A stretch of 64,000 nt of DNA from Patescibacteria group bacterium (GCA_041651195.1 JBAZJR010000002.1:53857-117856), one strand, 5' to 3'. Counted from the stretch's first letter, positions 9,140 through 18,182 are shown. Notes: a model not told the origin generated them from the sequence alone. A program made the numbers and translations.

Positions 9140-9526
9140 CTAATCCAGGGGAGATCTTTTAGCCGCCCCGATGTTCGGCGCGCGGTCATAGAGCGGTTCG
9201 ACAATGCTATATTTCCCGAATTTTTTATTCTTTTTTTTCGTTTTCGGTTCGGCTTCGACGGGAATCTGCAAAGCATAGGCCAAGACGTTGGCGGTGATGA
9301 CGCCGATCCGAAGCGAAGTGAAACTCCCGCCCTGGTTGGCGACGACAATTTTTTTTAGCGCATTAAGTGTTAGCTTGCGCGCTTTGAGTAAAGCTTCTAT
9401 GGCTGGGACTAATCTTTCAGCCTGCTGCCGCGGCGCCAAAAATCTTTTCTGTGCTACAGTCTTCGCTCCGTCTTTCAAGGCGATGATTATCTCTTCGTGG
9501 CTCGCGGTATTGATATATAAAGTCAT
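9140..9526 (-). CDS. tsaB: short TsaB-like protein (t6A biosynthesis partner / M22 peptidase homologue, N-terminal half only)
   Basis: MTLYINTAS and GGSFTSLRIGVITANVLAYALQIPV match the TsaB N-domain. It is 128 aa, against about 230 aa for typical TsaB. Confidence 0.6.
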   Translation of the reverse strand: MTLYINTASHEEIIIALKDGAKTVAQKRFLAPRQQAERLVPAIEALLKARKLTLNALKKIVVANQGGSFTSLRIGVITANVLAYALQIPVEAEPKTKKKNKKFGKYSIVEPLYDRAPNIGAAKRSPLD

Positions 9527-10074
9527 ATAGTATTTTTATTTAACCAGAGCGACCAGTCGATCCGACTAACATAATTTAGCACTGCCGGGATGAAACGTGA
9601 TTTTTCTTCGTCCGCCAGCTTACTTAAACGGTCTAACGGATAAGCGACGAAGCCCAGCGCTTTTCCGGCTTCCAGCCGCAGGGCGGACAAAGCGCCGGCA
9701 TAAACATAGACATAACAGGCATTGAACACGCGATTCAGCTTGCCGGTCGCCGGATCAAATGTATCTTCCCTGACCTTGTCGATCAGCTTTAGCTCGGCCG
9801 GCGCCAACTTAAGGCCGGTTTCTTCTTCGGTTTCCTTGACGGCGGCCGCGATATAGCTTTCGCCGATTTCCACATGACCGCCGACCGCCACGTCCAGCAG
9901 ATCGGGAAACGTATCCTTGTCCTTAGCCCGATGCTGGAAAATCATTTCCCCGTTGGGCGTTAAAAAATAAACATGGATCTCGCGGTGCACTAATCCGCGG
10001 CGATGGATCTCTTCCCTGCTTTCCTGGCCGATGACCTGATCATTTTCATCGACGATATTTAAAATGTCTGCCAT
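9523..10074 (-). CDS. NUDIX hydrolase
   Basis: Nudix box GGHVEIGESYIAAAVKETEEETGL. 4-nt overlap with the downstream gene. Confidence 0.8.
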   Translation of the reverse strand: MADILNIVDENDQVIGQESREEIHRRGLVHREIHVYFLTPNGEMIFQHRAKDKDTFPDLLDVAVGGHVEIGESYIAAAVKETEEETGLKLAPAELKLIDKVREDTFDPATGKLNRVFNACYVYVYAGALSALRLEAGKALGFVAYPLDRLSKLADEEKSRFIPAVLNYVSRIDWSLWLNKNTI

Positions 10075-10122
10075 ATATATGATTACACTATCTGATTGCT
10101 GGTTATCCGTCTAGCCTGGCGC

Positions 10123-11142
10123 TTAGCCTAAAATTTTCTTTATTTCCGCCAAGCTGCTCACTTGCACCAGCCGCGCACGCAATTTCGCCGCCCCGGGTAA
10201 GCCTTGCACATACCAAACCAAATGCTTACGAAATTCAATAATGCCGGCCTCGCCTTTCTGGCGCTGTTCCATAGATGCTTGCTTAAGAGCAATCTGAAAA
10301 ATTTGCCTCGACTTCAAGTCTATCGCCTTATCTGTTTTTATTTCCTTGAATAGCCAAGGACGGCCCAAGACGCCGCGCGCCAAACCAAGGCCATCCGCTC
10401 TGGTTTCTTTTAAAGCTTGCCTAGCCGCCGATAGGCTGCTGATTCCGCCATTAGCCAATAATACGCCGGGGAAAATCCGTCCCGCCTTATCAACCGAACG
10501 CCAATCCGGTTCGCCGCTAAAACCTTGACTCAAGCTCCGGCCATGAATCATTAAAGCGGCGATTGGCAGATCGGCAATATTTTTTACGAAATCGAAAGCC
10601 TCGACAATACCAACCTTTGTCCTGATCTTAATGGAAACGGGAAGATGAGTATTGGCGAGAACGGCTTCGATCACGGCGCGCGATCGCCTTAGATCTTTCA
10701 TCAGCCCGGAACCGGCGCTCTGTCTAACAATCTTCGGCACCGGACAGCCGAAATTAATATCGATCCCGTCCGGCTTAATCCGACTGGTGATGATACGCGC
10801 GGCCGCGGCAAAATGTGCCGGTTCGGCGCCAAAGAGCTGAACCACATAATGCCTTTCCTTAGTTCGGTTGAATTTTAACAATTCCAAGGTGGCATTAGCT
10901 TCTTTCCTGCTCGCCGTACGCCGACTTTTTGCCGATGCAGATGAAGCGCCGGCCAAAGGCGCAGATGAATCTAGGCCGCTATAATACAGAGCGGTCGCGG
11001 AAGCCATTTCGCTATATAAAACGTCCGCGCCATAACTTTTGCAAATTTGACGAAAGGCGGAATCGGTAAATCCGGCCATGGGCGCGAGCGCTAGGATCGG
11101 CCAGCCGCGCTTCTTCAATTTTTGCCAAAAATTTAAAGGCAT
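10123..11142 (-). CDS. tRNA-dihydrouridine synthase
   Basis: LAPMAGFTDSAFR and INFGCPVPK (catalytic Cys) motifs. Contains a low-complexity Ser/Ala insertion. Confidence 0.85.
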   Translation of the reverse strand: MPLNFWQKLKKRGWPILALAPMAGFTDSAFRQICKSYGADVLYSEMASATALYYSGLDSSAPLAGASSASAKSRRTASRKEANATLELLKFNRTKERHYVVQLFGAEPAHFAAAARIITSRIKPDGIDINFGCPVPKIVRQSAGSGLMKDLRRSRAVIEAVLANTHLPVSIKIRTKVGIVEAFDFVKNIADLPIAALMIHGRSLSQGFSGEPDWRSVDKAGRIFPGVLLANGGISSLSAARQALKETRADGLGLARGVLGRPWLFKEIKTDKAIDLKSRQIFQIALKQASMEQRQKGEAGIIEFRKHLVWYVQGLPGAAKLRARLVQVSSLAEIKKILG

Positions 11143-12569
11143 TACGCTATATTTAAATAGATCTTAGTACCATCTTTAGTGTCTTCCACGATATACCCCT
11201 CAGCTTCAATTTTTTTCCTTATCGCGTCCGCCTTTTCATAATCTTTATTTCTTTTGGCTGGATCCCTCTGTTCGACTAATTTCCGGACTGCTTCCGGCAA
11301 ATCTTCGATCGATATATTTTTTTTAGTTAACGGGAAATTATTGAAATTTAATCCTAATACTTTATCAAAATCCAAAATAGTAGCTAATTGATCAACTTCA
11401 CTCAATTCTGAATCTAGAACCGAAAATACTACCGATAGGGCGCGCGGCATATTCAAATCATCATTGATGGCCTCTAAAAATTTTAATTGATATTCTTTGC
11501 TAATTCTGCCCTCTCCTTTAAATCCTTTCAAATAAAATACTCGGCTGCCCAAACTTATCAACCCTTCCTCGGCTTGTCTCAAACTGGCTTCGCTATATTC
11601 CATCGGCTTACGGTAATGAACCTGCAAGGCGGCGAATCGATAGGCGAGGGGATCGATTCCCTTCCTGGTAAAAGCATTTTCCAGGGTTAAAAAATTCTCT
11701 TCGCTTTTCGCCATCTTTTTCCCGCCTCTGATATTCAAGAAAGCCCCGTGCAGCCAATAATTAAAGAATTTTTTTTCGGTCGCGGCCTCCGACTGGGCGA
11801 TCTCGTTGGTATGGTGGATATTGATATGGTCGATGCCGCCGCAATGGATATCGAGCTGCTCGCCCAAGAACTGGATACTCATGGCCGAACATTCGATATG
11901 CCAACCCGGGAACCCGATGCCCCAAGGCGATTCCCATTCCATCTGCCGTTTCGCCTCTCCTGACTTAAGCGCTGGCGAAAATTTCCATAAGGCAAAATCG
12001 GTTGGATTCTTTTTTTCCGCATTGATTTCCACGCGCGCGCCTTCTCTTAATTCATCAAGAGGCAAATGGCTTAGCTTATTATAATCCTTGATCTTCGCGG
12101 TATCGAAGTAAATGCCGTCGCTTGTCTGATAAGTATAACCCTTGCCTGCTAAAGCCTTGATCATCGCGATCTGCTCTGGGATACTGTCCGTTGCCTTGCA
12201 CCAGATAGTCGGTTCTTTGATATTCAAGGATGATAAATCCCGACGAAAAGCCTGCCAATAAAAATCCGCGATCTCCCAGGCGTTTTTCCCTTCCCGGGCG
12301 GCGCCCTTTTCCATCTTGTCCTCCCCCATGTCCATATCGCCGGTGAGATGGCCGACGTCGGTGATATTCATGACATGATTCACGCTGTAACCGTTATATT
12401 CTAGGACGCGGACCAAAAAATCTTCGAAGAGGTAGGTCCGCAAATTGCCGATATGGGCGAAATTATAAACGGTCGGCCCGCAAGTATAAAGGCCGACGGC
12501 ACCGGGCTTGATCGGCTTAAATTCTTCCTTCTTCCGGCTCAGGGTATTATATAAAAATAATGGGCTCAT
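11142..12569 (-). CDS. cysS: cysteine--tRNA ligase
   Basis: HIGNLRTY (HIGH) and KMAKS (KMSKS) motifs, plus the WHIECS zinc/cysteine-site motif. Confidence 0.95.
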   Translation of the reverse strand: MSPLFLYNTLSRKKEEFKPIKPGAVGLYTCGPTVYNFAHIGNLRTYLFEDFLVRVLEYNGYSVNHVMNITDVGHLTGDMDMGEDKMEKGAAREGKNAWEIADFYWQAFRRDLSSLNIKEPTIWCKATDSIPEQIAMIKALAGKGYTYQTSDGIYFDTAKIKDYNKLSHLPLDELREGARVEINAEKKNPTDFALWKFSPALKSGEAKRQMEWESPWGIGFPGWHIECSAMSIQFLGEQLDIHCGGIDHINIHHTNEIAQSEAATEKKFFNYWLHGAFLNIRGGKKMAKSEENFLTLENAFTRKGIDPLAYRFAALQVHYRKPMEYSEASLRQAEEGLISLGSRVFYLKGFKGEGRISKEYQLKFLEAINDDLNMPRALSVVFSVLDSELSEVDQLATILDFDKVLGLNFNNFPLTKKNISIEDLPEAVRKLVEQRDPAKRNKDYEKADAIRKKIEAEGYIVEDTKDGTKIYLNIA

Positions 12570-12614
12570 AGATCAAATAAAGTAAACAAATAAATAAGAT
12601 ACCTGCGATTTTAA

Positions 12615-12643
12615 ATACTAACCGATATTCAACTCTTTGACAA
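12615..12643 (-). promoter_or_regulatory. candidate promoter for cysS
   Basis: Minus strand: TTGTCA (12643..12638), 17 nt, TAGTAT (12620..12615). Confidence 0.35.
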
Positions 12644-12647
12644 ACTG

Positions 12648-13532
12648 CTACAGTTTTTCCGCATAAGCGTCTTTTTCGAGATGGGAATAAGCAGACATCC
12701 GATCTAGGGACGGGCGGAAATTCCTCAGATTATCCTGGAGACGGGGGTGCAAACGCGCATCATACATGAAATGATCGGATTGCTCCTGCAACGAAGAGAC
12801 GAGCTTAACGTAGACGGCTTTCTCCGCCGGGCTCGGTTCATCATCGCCCGCCGCGGCCGTCAAAGATCTTAAAAGTCCGTTCAATTCTTCTTTGCTCAAA
12901 GAAAAATAAAATAAAGGAATATGCGATAATTCTTGTTTTACTAACTTCCCCGCCTTAACCGTCGCGCCATATTTGATTTTCGCGCCGCCCGCGGCCATTT
13001 TCCGCTTAATCTTCTCCGGCTTCTTGTCGTCGCGGTCATCACTCAGATGGCCGATTACATCGTCCAAGCCGCAAACGACCGCGCCCGTAGCTTTATCGAT
13101 GATCAATTGGTCGGCACCATTTTCATAATCGTCATAAATCGAAGCGCGCACGATGATAAAATTTTCCCCTAAGATCTTATCGAACAATAAAGTCGTCGCG
13201 ATTTCCGTGATATTGGAGGGGTTCTTTTCTCGCCTGGCCAGCCACTCTGTCGGCGTCTGGGCCTCGTCTGCCGCCCAGTCTTGGACTTTTTCCGACATCA
13301 AAACGCGGTCATAATCAGCTTCGGAACCCGACATCTGCATCTGCCCGTCACTGGTCAAGAAATCACCATGCTCGGAATTCAAGCGATCCGCCAAAGCAGC
13401 GAGTCTTATTTTCAATTGCGGCAAATAGCTTTCCGGCTTAGGAAATTCCTTTTTCTTATCCGCATACTTCGGATCATTAAGATCGATCTTATCCCCGACC
13501 TTGATTCCCGGTAGATACTCGATATTACTCAT
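12648..13532 (-). CDS. hypothetical acidic protein, no recognised domain
   Basis: Long ORF at backbone GC. The first ATG is at 13532 (MSNIEYL); the track start at 13541 is a TTG. Confidence 0.6.
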   Translation of the reverse strand: MSNIEYLPGIKVGDKIDLNDPKYADKKKEFPKPESYLPQLKIRLAALADRLNSEHGDFLTSDGQMQMSGSEADYDRVLMSEKVQDWAADEAQTPTEWLARREKNPSNITEIATTLLFDKILGENFIIVRASIYDDYENGADQLIIDKATGAVVCGLDDVIGHLSDDRDDKKPEKIKRKMAAGGAKIKYGATVKAGKLVKQELSHIPLFYFSLSKEELNGLLRSLTAAAGDDEPSPAEKAVYVKLVSSLQEQSDHFMYDARLHPRLQDNLRNFRPSLDRMSAYSHLEKDAYAEKL

Positions 13533-13560
13533 AATAAACAAAATATTAAAATAAACGGAT

Positions 13561-14016
13561 TTAAAAATTAACGGGAATCTTCACGGCGGCGTCGTTCTCC
13601 GGCAAGCCGGACGGATTATCCTTGGCGATGACGAGATACCCGCCGCCAACGGGCGCGATAAAGTCTAAAGTCGCCTTAAACGGCACTAAATTATCGGTCA
13701 TCCATTCGCTCTGCGCTTGTCCGGGAGCAATGGCGATGATATTCCCCTTCGTATCCTCCAAACGAACCGGCAAGATCGCCTCGAAGAACCAATAGCCTTT
13801 AGCCTGCCCGACGACGGTGAGCGGCGATCTGACGATCTCATTAGCCAAGGGCTGGCTGACGATCACTTCGCCGGCTCGAGCCTCATTCCCAGCGGCCGAT
13901 CCGGAGAAGAGCGCAACCTCAGTCTGTGATTTATCCGCCGGCGCCGTGCAACGCAAAAAGATCATGCTGATAATCATGGCGATGATGATAAATCCGAAAA
14001 AATAAACTTTATTCAT
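13561..14016 (-). CDS. secreted/anchored protein with Gmad2-type immunoglobulin-like domain
   Basis: N-terminal hydrophobic anchor. PLANEIVRSPLTVVGQAKGYWFFEAILPVRLEDTKGNII resembles the Gmad2 Ig-like domain. Confidence 0.6.
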   Translation of the reverse strand: MNKVYFFGFIIIAMIISMIFLRCTAPADKSQTEVALFSGSAAGNEARAGEVIVSQPLANEIVRSPLTVVGQAKGYWFFEAILPVRLEDTKGNIIAIAPGQAQSEWMTDNLVPFKATLDFIAPVGGGYLVIAKDNPSGLPENDAAVKIPVNF

Positions 14017-14044
14017 AACCTCAGGCGCTAAAATATTAAGATTC

Positions 14045-14221
14045 TTATTCCGGCGCGATAAAGGACGGCTTATGCCGCGGCCGCTTGTGCTTCGGCAAAA
14101 TATGGATCTGTTCCCTAACCGCGCGCGTTTTCTTAGCCTCCCAAGCGGCGCGACCCAAACCGCGGACTAAAGCCTGATCAAGGTCGGTTTTTTTTAATTT
14201 GATAATCTGATTACCCGGCAT
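14045..14221 (-). CDS. possible 58-aa basic small protein
   Basis: Below the ORF-track cutoff. The ATG at 14221 is 3 nt after the nitroreductase stop. It reads MPGNQIIKLKKTDLDQALVRGLGRAAWEAKKTRAVREQIHILPKHKRPRHKPSFIAPE. No homology recognised. Confidence 0.3.
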   Translation of the reverse strand: MPGNQIIKLKKTDLDQALVRGLGRAAWEAKKTRAVREQIHILPKHKRPRHKPSFIAPE

Positions 14222-14223
14222 AT

Positions 14224-14823
14224 TCAGAACCTAAATTCGCCCTCGCTGATCAGTTCGCTTAATCGCTTGCGATCCGAAGGCGTCTCCCGCGCCTGGAGGG
14301 CAGCCGGCAGATCTTCTTTATCTCCCGGCCGGCCGAAAGCGATCATGATCTCAGCCTTATAGTCATCCGGTATGCTTAATTCTTTCTTAGCCCGGTCATA
14401 ATCAAAGCCGGCCATCGCGTGCGCGATTAGGCCACGACTGGCTGCTTCCAGGGCCAAATTTTCCCAAGCCGAACCAGTATCGAAGCTGGCGGTCGGATTA
14501 GGCTTGCCGTTATGGGCAAAAGTCTGGCGGGAAAGCACGAGCACCAGGACAGCCGCTCGCTGGGCCCAAGACTGATTGAACTCAATGAGCAAAGAAAATA
14601 ATTTCGGCCACTGGTCGGTGCCGTTCTTAACATAGATAAAGCGCCAAGGCTGATTATTGGAAGATGAGGGCGCCCATTTCGCCGCTTCAAAGAGCGATAA
14701 CAATTCTTCTTCACTTAAGGCTTCTCCGCTCAGGGCGCGCGGCGACCAACGCTGCAAGATCAAGGGATTGATTTCTTGCTCCGGTTCCCGGAAGTCACGG
14801 ATGTTAATATCGGTAATCATCAT
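14224..14823 (-). CDS. nitroreductase family protein
   Basis: RWSPRA, AAKWAPSSSNNQPWRF and the size are typical of the NfsA/NfsB-like nitroreductase fold. Confidence 0.85.
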   Translation of the reverse strand: MMITDINIRDFREPEQEINPLILQRWSPRALSGEALSEEELLSLFEAAKWAPSSSNNQPWRFIYVKNGTDQWPKLFSLLIEFNQSWAQRAAVLVLVLSRQTFAHNGKPNPTASFDTGSAWENLALEAASRGLIAHAMAGFDYDRAKKELSIPDDYKAEIMIAFGRPGDKEDLPAALQARETPSDRKRLSELISEGEFRF

Positions 14824-14874
14824 AAATTTTCCAATCGAGATTGTCTAATCATTAAGACAATCTAATAAATAAAG

Positions 14875-15231
14875 CTAGCGAGAAACCGGCGGCTCATCTT
14901 TGACCAAAGCGTTGCTCAGCCAAGAACCGACCCAAAGCCAGATTGACAGCCAGATCGCCGTCCAGAGGCCATCGACCGAAAAGCCTTGGACGATGCTGGA
15001 AACTAAAAGCACGAGTAAGCCGTTGATGACCAGTGTAAAGAGGCCGAGGGTCAAAATATTGATCGGCAGGGTTAATAAGATAATGAGCGGACGGATGACG
15101 GCGTTAATCAAGCCCAAGATTATAGCGGTAACCAGGGCCGCCCACCAACCGGACACGGCCACGCCGCTGATGATGAAGGGGGCGAGCAATAGAAACAGGA
15201 CGTTGATAACCAGGCGGATGATAAATTTCAT
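14875..15231 (-). CDS. four-TM membrane protein, Phage_holin_4_2 / DUF360 (YvlD-like) family
   Basis: 118 aa. LINAVIRPLIILLTLPINILTLGLFTLVINGLLVLL is the characteristic DUF360 core. Confidence 0.7.
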   Translation of the reverse strand: MKFIIRLVINVLFLLLAPFIISGVAVSGWWAALVTAIILGLINAVIRPLIILLTLPINILTLGLFTLVINGLLVLLVSSIVQGFSVDGLWTAIWLSIWLWVGSWLSNALVKDEPPVSR

Positions 15232-15311
15232 ATGGTTAAATTATTAAATTATATCTTTATTTTATCATATTTCCCCCAAAAAATCACCCCGACCGGCATT
15301 AACGATTCCCA

Positions 15312-15343
15312 TTGACTATTACGAATTTTTTAGGTATTATAAT
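15312..15343 (+). promoter_or_regulatory. candidate promoter for xylose-isomerase-like gene
   Basis: TTGACT (15312..15317), 17 nt, TATTAT (15335..15340), overlapping TATAAT (15338..15343). Confidence 0.4.
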
Positions 15344-15410
15344 AAATTATTTGTTCTTAAACAAAGCCTTAAAATACAGGGCGATCATTTAACAAACGCA
15401 GGAGGTGCTT

Positions 15411-16562
15411 ATGGCACTATTAAAATCAGGCGCTCTCTGGACAGTGCGCTACAGAGGAGCCGACCCGTTCGGCGGACCGGTTCTCAACGGTCTTTCAGCA
15501 ATAGAGGGGCTTAATATTCTGGGCGAAGCAAAAATAAGAGGGATAATCGACTTATTTTCCGCCCACGATGACGATTTAGTAGATTATGACCCGGACGATC
15601 CATCCGACTACTTAAACCCCAAAAGCAAAATTCACGAACAAATCGCGGAAATTAAAAAGGCGATGGCCAATTATGCTCTACCGATGCATATGATAACCTG
15701 TTCTTTGCATGGACACCCAATATTTACGGCCGGCGGATTTACAAACCGCAATCCTAAAATCAGGGCTCTAGCCAAACAAAAAGCCGCTCGCTGCGCTTGG
15801 ATCGGCAATGAACTCGGCGCCACTATGGTAACCTATTGGGTGGCGAGAGATGGACTCGAACTTCCAATAACCGTCAATCCCGATCCTGGCAACTGTCCTT
15901 ACACCTGGCTGCAAGAAGGATTGAATTCAATCAGCCAGGAATGTATTAATAAAAATTACTCGATCATAGGCGGCACGATCGAGCCGAAATGCAACGAACC
16001 GCGCGGCATATCTTATTTACCGTTAGTCGGCTCGGCTATCGCTTTCATCGACCGCTTGAGACATCCTGATTTCTGGGGGGTAAACCCGGAAGTGCCGCAA
16101 CATAGCTCAATGGGCAACCAATCGCCCTATCTGGAAATCCTACAAGCAGCCTGGATGGGAAAATTGAGCTTCCTCCATGTCGGAGGTCAGATCCCCGGCC
16201 AATTCGATAATGACTTCCCGCTATTAGTCGGCCCAGGGAAAGAAGAGATGGTGCATATCATGTATTACCTCGACCGGATCGGCTGGGACGGCGTCATCGA
16301 ATTCGATTGCCATCCGCTCAGGAGCGACTTGATCGCTAATCCCGAATGCCAATTGGACATATTCCATCAATTTTTATCCTATAATTCCCGGATGTTAAAA
16401 CTGCTGGAAATAGTCGTTGAAAGATTAAAAAAGAATGAGGCTTTACAAGCGGCTTTAACCGAGCTAAATAGTAATGAATACTACAAGCCGCAGAATCATC
16501 TCCAGGTCGAAGAAGCTTTTAACATGGCGCTATTTAATGTCAGTTTCAAAGACTTAATATGA
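15411..16562 (+). CDS. divergent xylose-isomerase-family (XylA-like TIM barrel) protein
   Basis: FSAHDDD, IEPKCNEPRG, NPEVPQHSSMG and GKLSFLHVGGQ parallel the XylA motifs FHDxD, EPKPxEP, NxExxH and GKLFHIDLN. The ATG at 15411 lies 5 nt after GGAGG; the track start at 15405 is a GTG. Confidence 0.65.
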   Translation: MALLKSGALWTVRYRGADPFGGPVLNGLSAIEGLNILGEAKIRGIIDLFSAHDDDLVDYDPDDPSDYLNPKSKIHEQIAEIKKAMANYALPMHMITCSLHGHPIFTAGGFTNRNPKIRALAKQKAARCAWIGNELGATMVTYWVARDGLELPITVNPDPGNCPYTWLQEGLNSISQECINKNYSIIGGTIEPKCNEPRGISYLPLVGSAIAFIDRLRHPDFWGVNPEVPQHSSMGNQSPYLEILQAAWMGKLSFLHVGGQIPGQFDNDFPLLVGPGKEEMVHIMYYLDRIGWDGVIEFDCHPLRSDLIANPECQLDIFHQFLSYNSRMLKLLEIVVERLKKNEALQAALTELNSNEYYKPQNHLQVEEAFNMALFNVSFKDLI

Positions 16563-16586
16563 TCGACCAAGATTAAATTAAAATAA

Positions 16587-16616
16587 AGCAGGACGAAACA
16601 TAATCCTGCTTTTTTA
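16587..16616 (+). terminator. rho-independent terminator
   Basis: AGCAGGA (16587..16593), 10-nt loop, TCCTGCT (16604..16610), TTTTTT. Confidence 0.7.
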
Positions 16617-16679
16617 TTACTTAAATTTAAAATATGATACAATATAATAAATATATCTCTAAAGAACAGGCTAATAAAT

Positions 16680-17288
16680 ATGCTCAAAATCATCATCGGC
16701 ACTAAAAACCCGGCTAAATTCGGACAGGTCCAAGGCGCGCTCGGCCCGCTTGAGCTAGAAATCGCCAAGCCGGACCGGGATCTGCCGGAAGTCTTGGAGG
16801 ACGGCGCGACGATCCAGGATAATGCTCGAAAAAAAGCCCTGATTTACGCGCGCCATTTAAACGCCAAGGTCTTATCAATGGACAATGCCCTATACCTAGA
16901 AGGCTTGCCTGATGATCTCCAGCCTGGCCAGAATGTCCGCCGCATCAAAGGCCGCACGGATCGGCCGAGCGATGAAGAGGTCTTAGAATATTACCAAGAT
17001 CTGATCGCCCGACACGGCGGAGAAATAAGCGGCCGCTGGGAATACGCTATCTGCCTGGCCAATCCAGACGGCTCTTATCAAGAAACGACTGTCAGCCGGA
17101 ACGGCATCTTCAAGGATCGCCTATCCGATCAACGGACGGACGGCTATCCCCTGGAATCACTAAACATCGATCCGCTCAGCGGACGCTATATCGCCGACCT
17201 GGATCCGTTAGAAAAAGAGGTTTTCTGGCAAACCGGTATCGGCGTACCGCTCCAAAAATTCATCAAACAGGCTTTAGGGCTGGACTAG
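16680..17288 (+). CDS. Ham1/RdgB-like non-canonical purine NTP pyrophosphatase
   Basis: IIIGTKNPAKF N-terminus and SMDNALYLEGLPDDLQPGQNVRR resemble the ITPase family motifs. Preceded by the extended -10 TGATACAAT (16635..16643). Confidence 0.6.
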   Translation: MLKIIIGTKNPAKFGQVQGALGPLELEIAKPDRDLPEVLEDGATIQDNARKKALIYARHLNAKVLSMDNALYLEGLPDDLQPGQNVRRIKGRTDRPSDEEVLEYYQDLIARHGGEISGRWEYAICLANPDGSYQETTVSRNGIFKDRLSDQRTDGYPLESLNIDPLSGRYIADLDPLEKEVFWQTGIGVPLQKFIKQALGLD

Positions 17289-17354
17289 CACCCTGCTTTC
17301 ACCAATAGCAATTTATAAAAACAATAAAAAAAAGGCCGCTCGGCCATTTTTAGA

Positions 17355-17431
17355 TGGTGGTCGTTAGTGGATTCGAACCACTGACCTCCGCGATGTGAAC
17401 GCGGCGCTCTAACCAGCTGAGCCAAACGACC
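17355..17431 (-). tRNA. tRNA-Val (anticodon CAC), CCA encoded
   Basis: Minus strand GGTCGTTTGGCTCAGCTGGTTAGAGCGCCGCGTTCACATCGCGGAGGTCAGTGGTTCGAATCCACTAACGACCACCA. Acceptor GGTCGTT/AACGACC, anticodon loop TTCACAT, GTTCGAATC T-loop. Confidence 0.9.
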
Positions 17432-17439
17432 GATAAAGA

Positions 17440-17467
17440 CCCGCCTAAGCCTGATGGCTTAAGCGGG
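17440..17467 (-). terminator. hairpin between the Cys-rich ORF and tRNA-Val (possible terminator or processing signal)
   Basis: 12-bp stem with one mismatch (CCCGCCTAAGCC / GGCTTAAGCGGG) and a 4-nt loop. Only a weak T-run follows on the minus strand. Confidence 0.35.
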
Positions 17468-17521
17468 AATGCTAACATAATACGAAAAGAAGATTTTCGC
17501 GGGATCAAGGAAGGAAAAAAA

Positions 17522-18028
17522 TTAATCCTGGGCCAATAGATAATTTTTCTTTAAAATATCATAGATCATCATCGGTTCGGGATGATCCGATAGATTAAAG
17601 GTGCTTTTAAAGACTTGCCTTAATTGTTTCTGCCCTTCCGGAAACTGGAAATCCGGATGCTTGAATGTTTCGAAAGACAGAGGATAAGTCTCTACGCCGC
17701 ATTTAGACTTACATTTTTCGCAACAAATAACCGGACGGCCGTCTTTGATCCTAAAATAGGTGGCCCGATGCTTATGGCAACAGGGGCAGGTATTCCCGAC
17801 CAGCGACCGAGAACTGGCCTGCAGAATAAAATTGATATGTTCCAATCTGACCGCATTGCCATTCGTGTGCCGATTAAAAGTGCAGACCTGAGCCTTCCGT
17901 TCTAGAGCTGAAAAATTGCAGAAAACTAAGGAATAAACATCATCGTAAGCCGGGTTATAATCCGGCACGATAATTTTCTTCTGAGTACTATTAGAGCCGC
18001 TACTACTAGATCCGTTACGCTTCTTCAT
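17522..18028 (-). CDS. hypothetical Cys-rich (putative zinc-binding) protein
   Basis: 168 aa with a Ser-rich N-terminus. Cys clusters CPCCH and CCEKCKSKC. Sits between two tRNA genes. No family recognised. Confidence 0.55.
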   Translation of the reverse strand: MKKRNGSSSSGSNSTQKKIIVPDYNPAYDDVYSLVFCNFSALERKAQVCTFNRHTNGNAVRLEHINFILQASSRSLVGNTCPCCHKHRATYFRIKDGRPVICCEKCKSKCGVETYPLSFETFKHPDFQFPEGQKQLRQVFKSTFNLSDHPEPMMIYDILKKNYLLAQD

Positions 18029-18098
18029 GCTACTCTCCAGAAATTATTGATAGATATTTTATTTATGACTGATAATATTTTGTAAGGAACAAGAACGG

Positions 18099-18182
18099 TG
18101 CCCGAGGGGGGATTTGAACCCCCATGGGATTGCTCCCGCAGCGTTCTGAACACTGTGTGTCTACCAATTTCACCACCCGGGC
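18099..18182 (-). tRNA. tRNA-Leu (anticodon CAG), class II with long variable arm
   Basis: Minus strand GCCCGGGTGGTGAAATTGGTAGACACACAGTGTTCAGAACGCTGCGGGAGCAATCCCATGGGGGTTCAAATCCCCCCTCGGGCA. Anticodon loop TTCAGAA. CCA is not fully encoded. Confidence 0.85.

Noticed and set aside
14900-15247. 115-aa plus-strand ORF opposite the DUF360 membrane protein
   Set aside because: The minus frame encodes a textbook four-TM DUF360 protein. The plus frame has no features.
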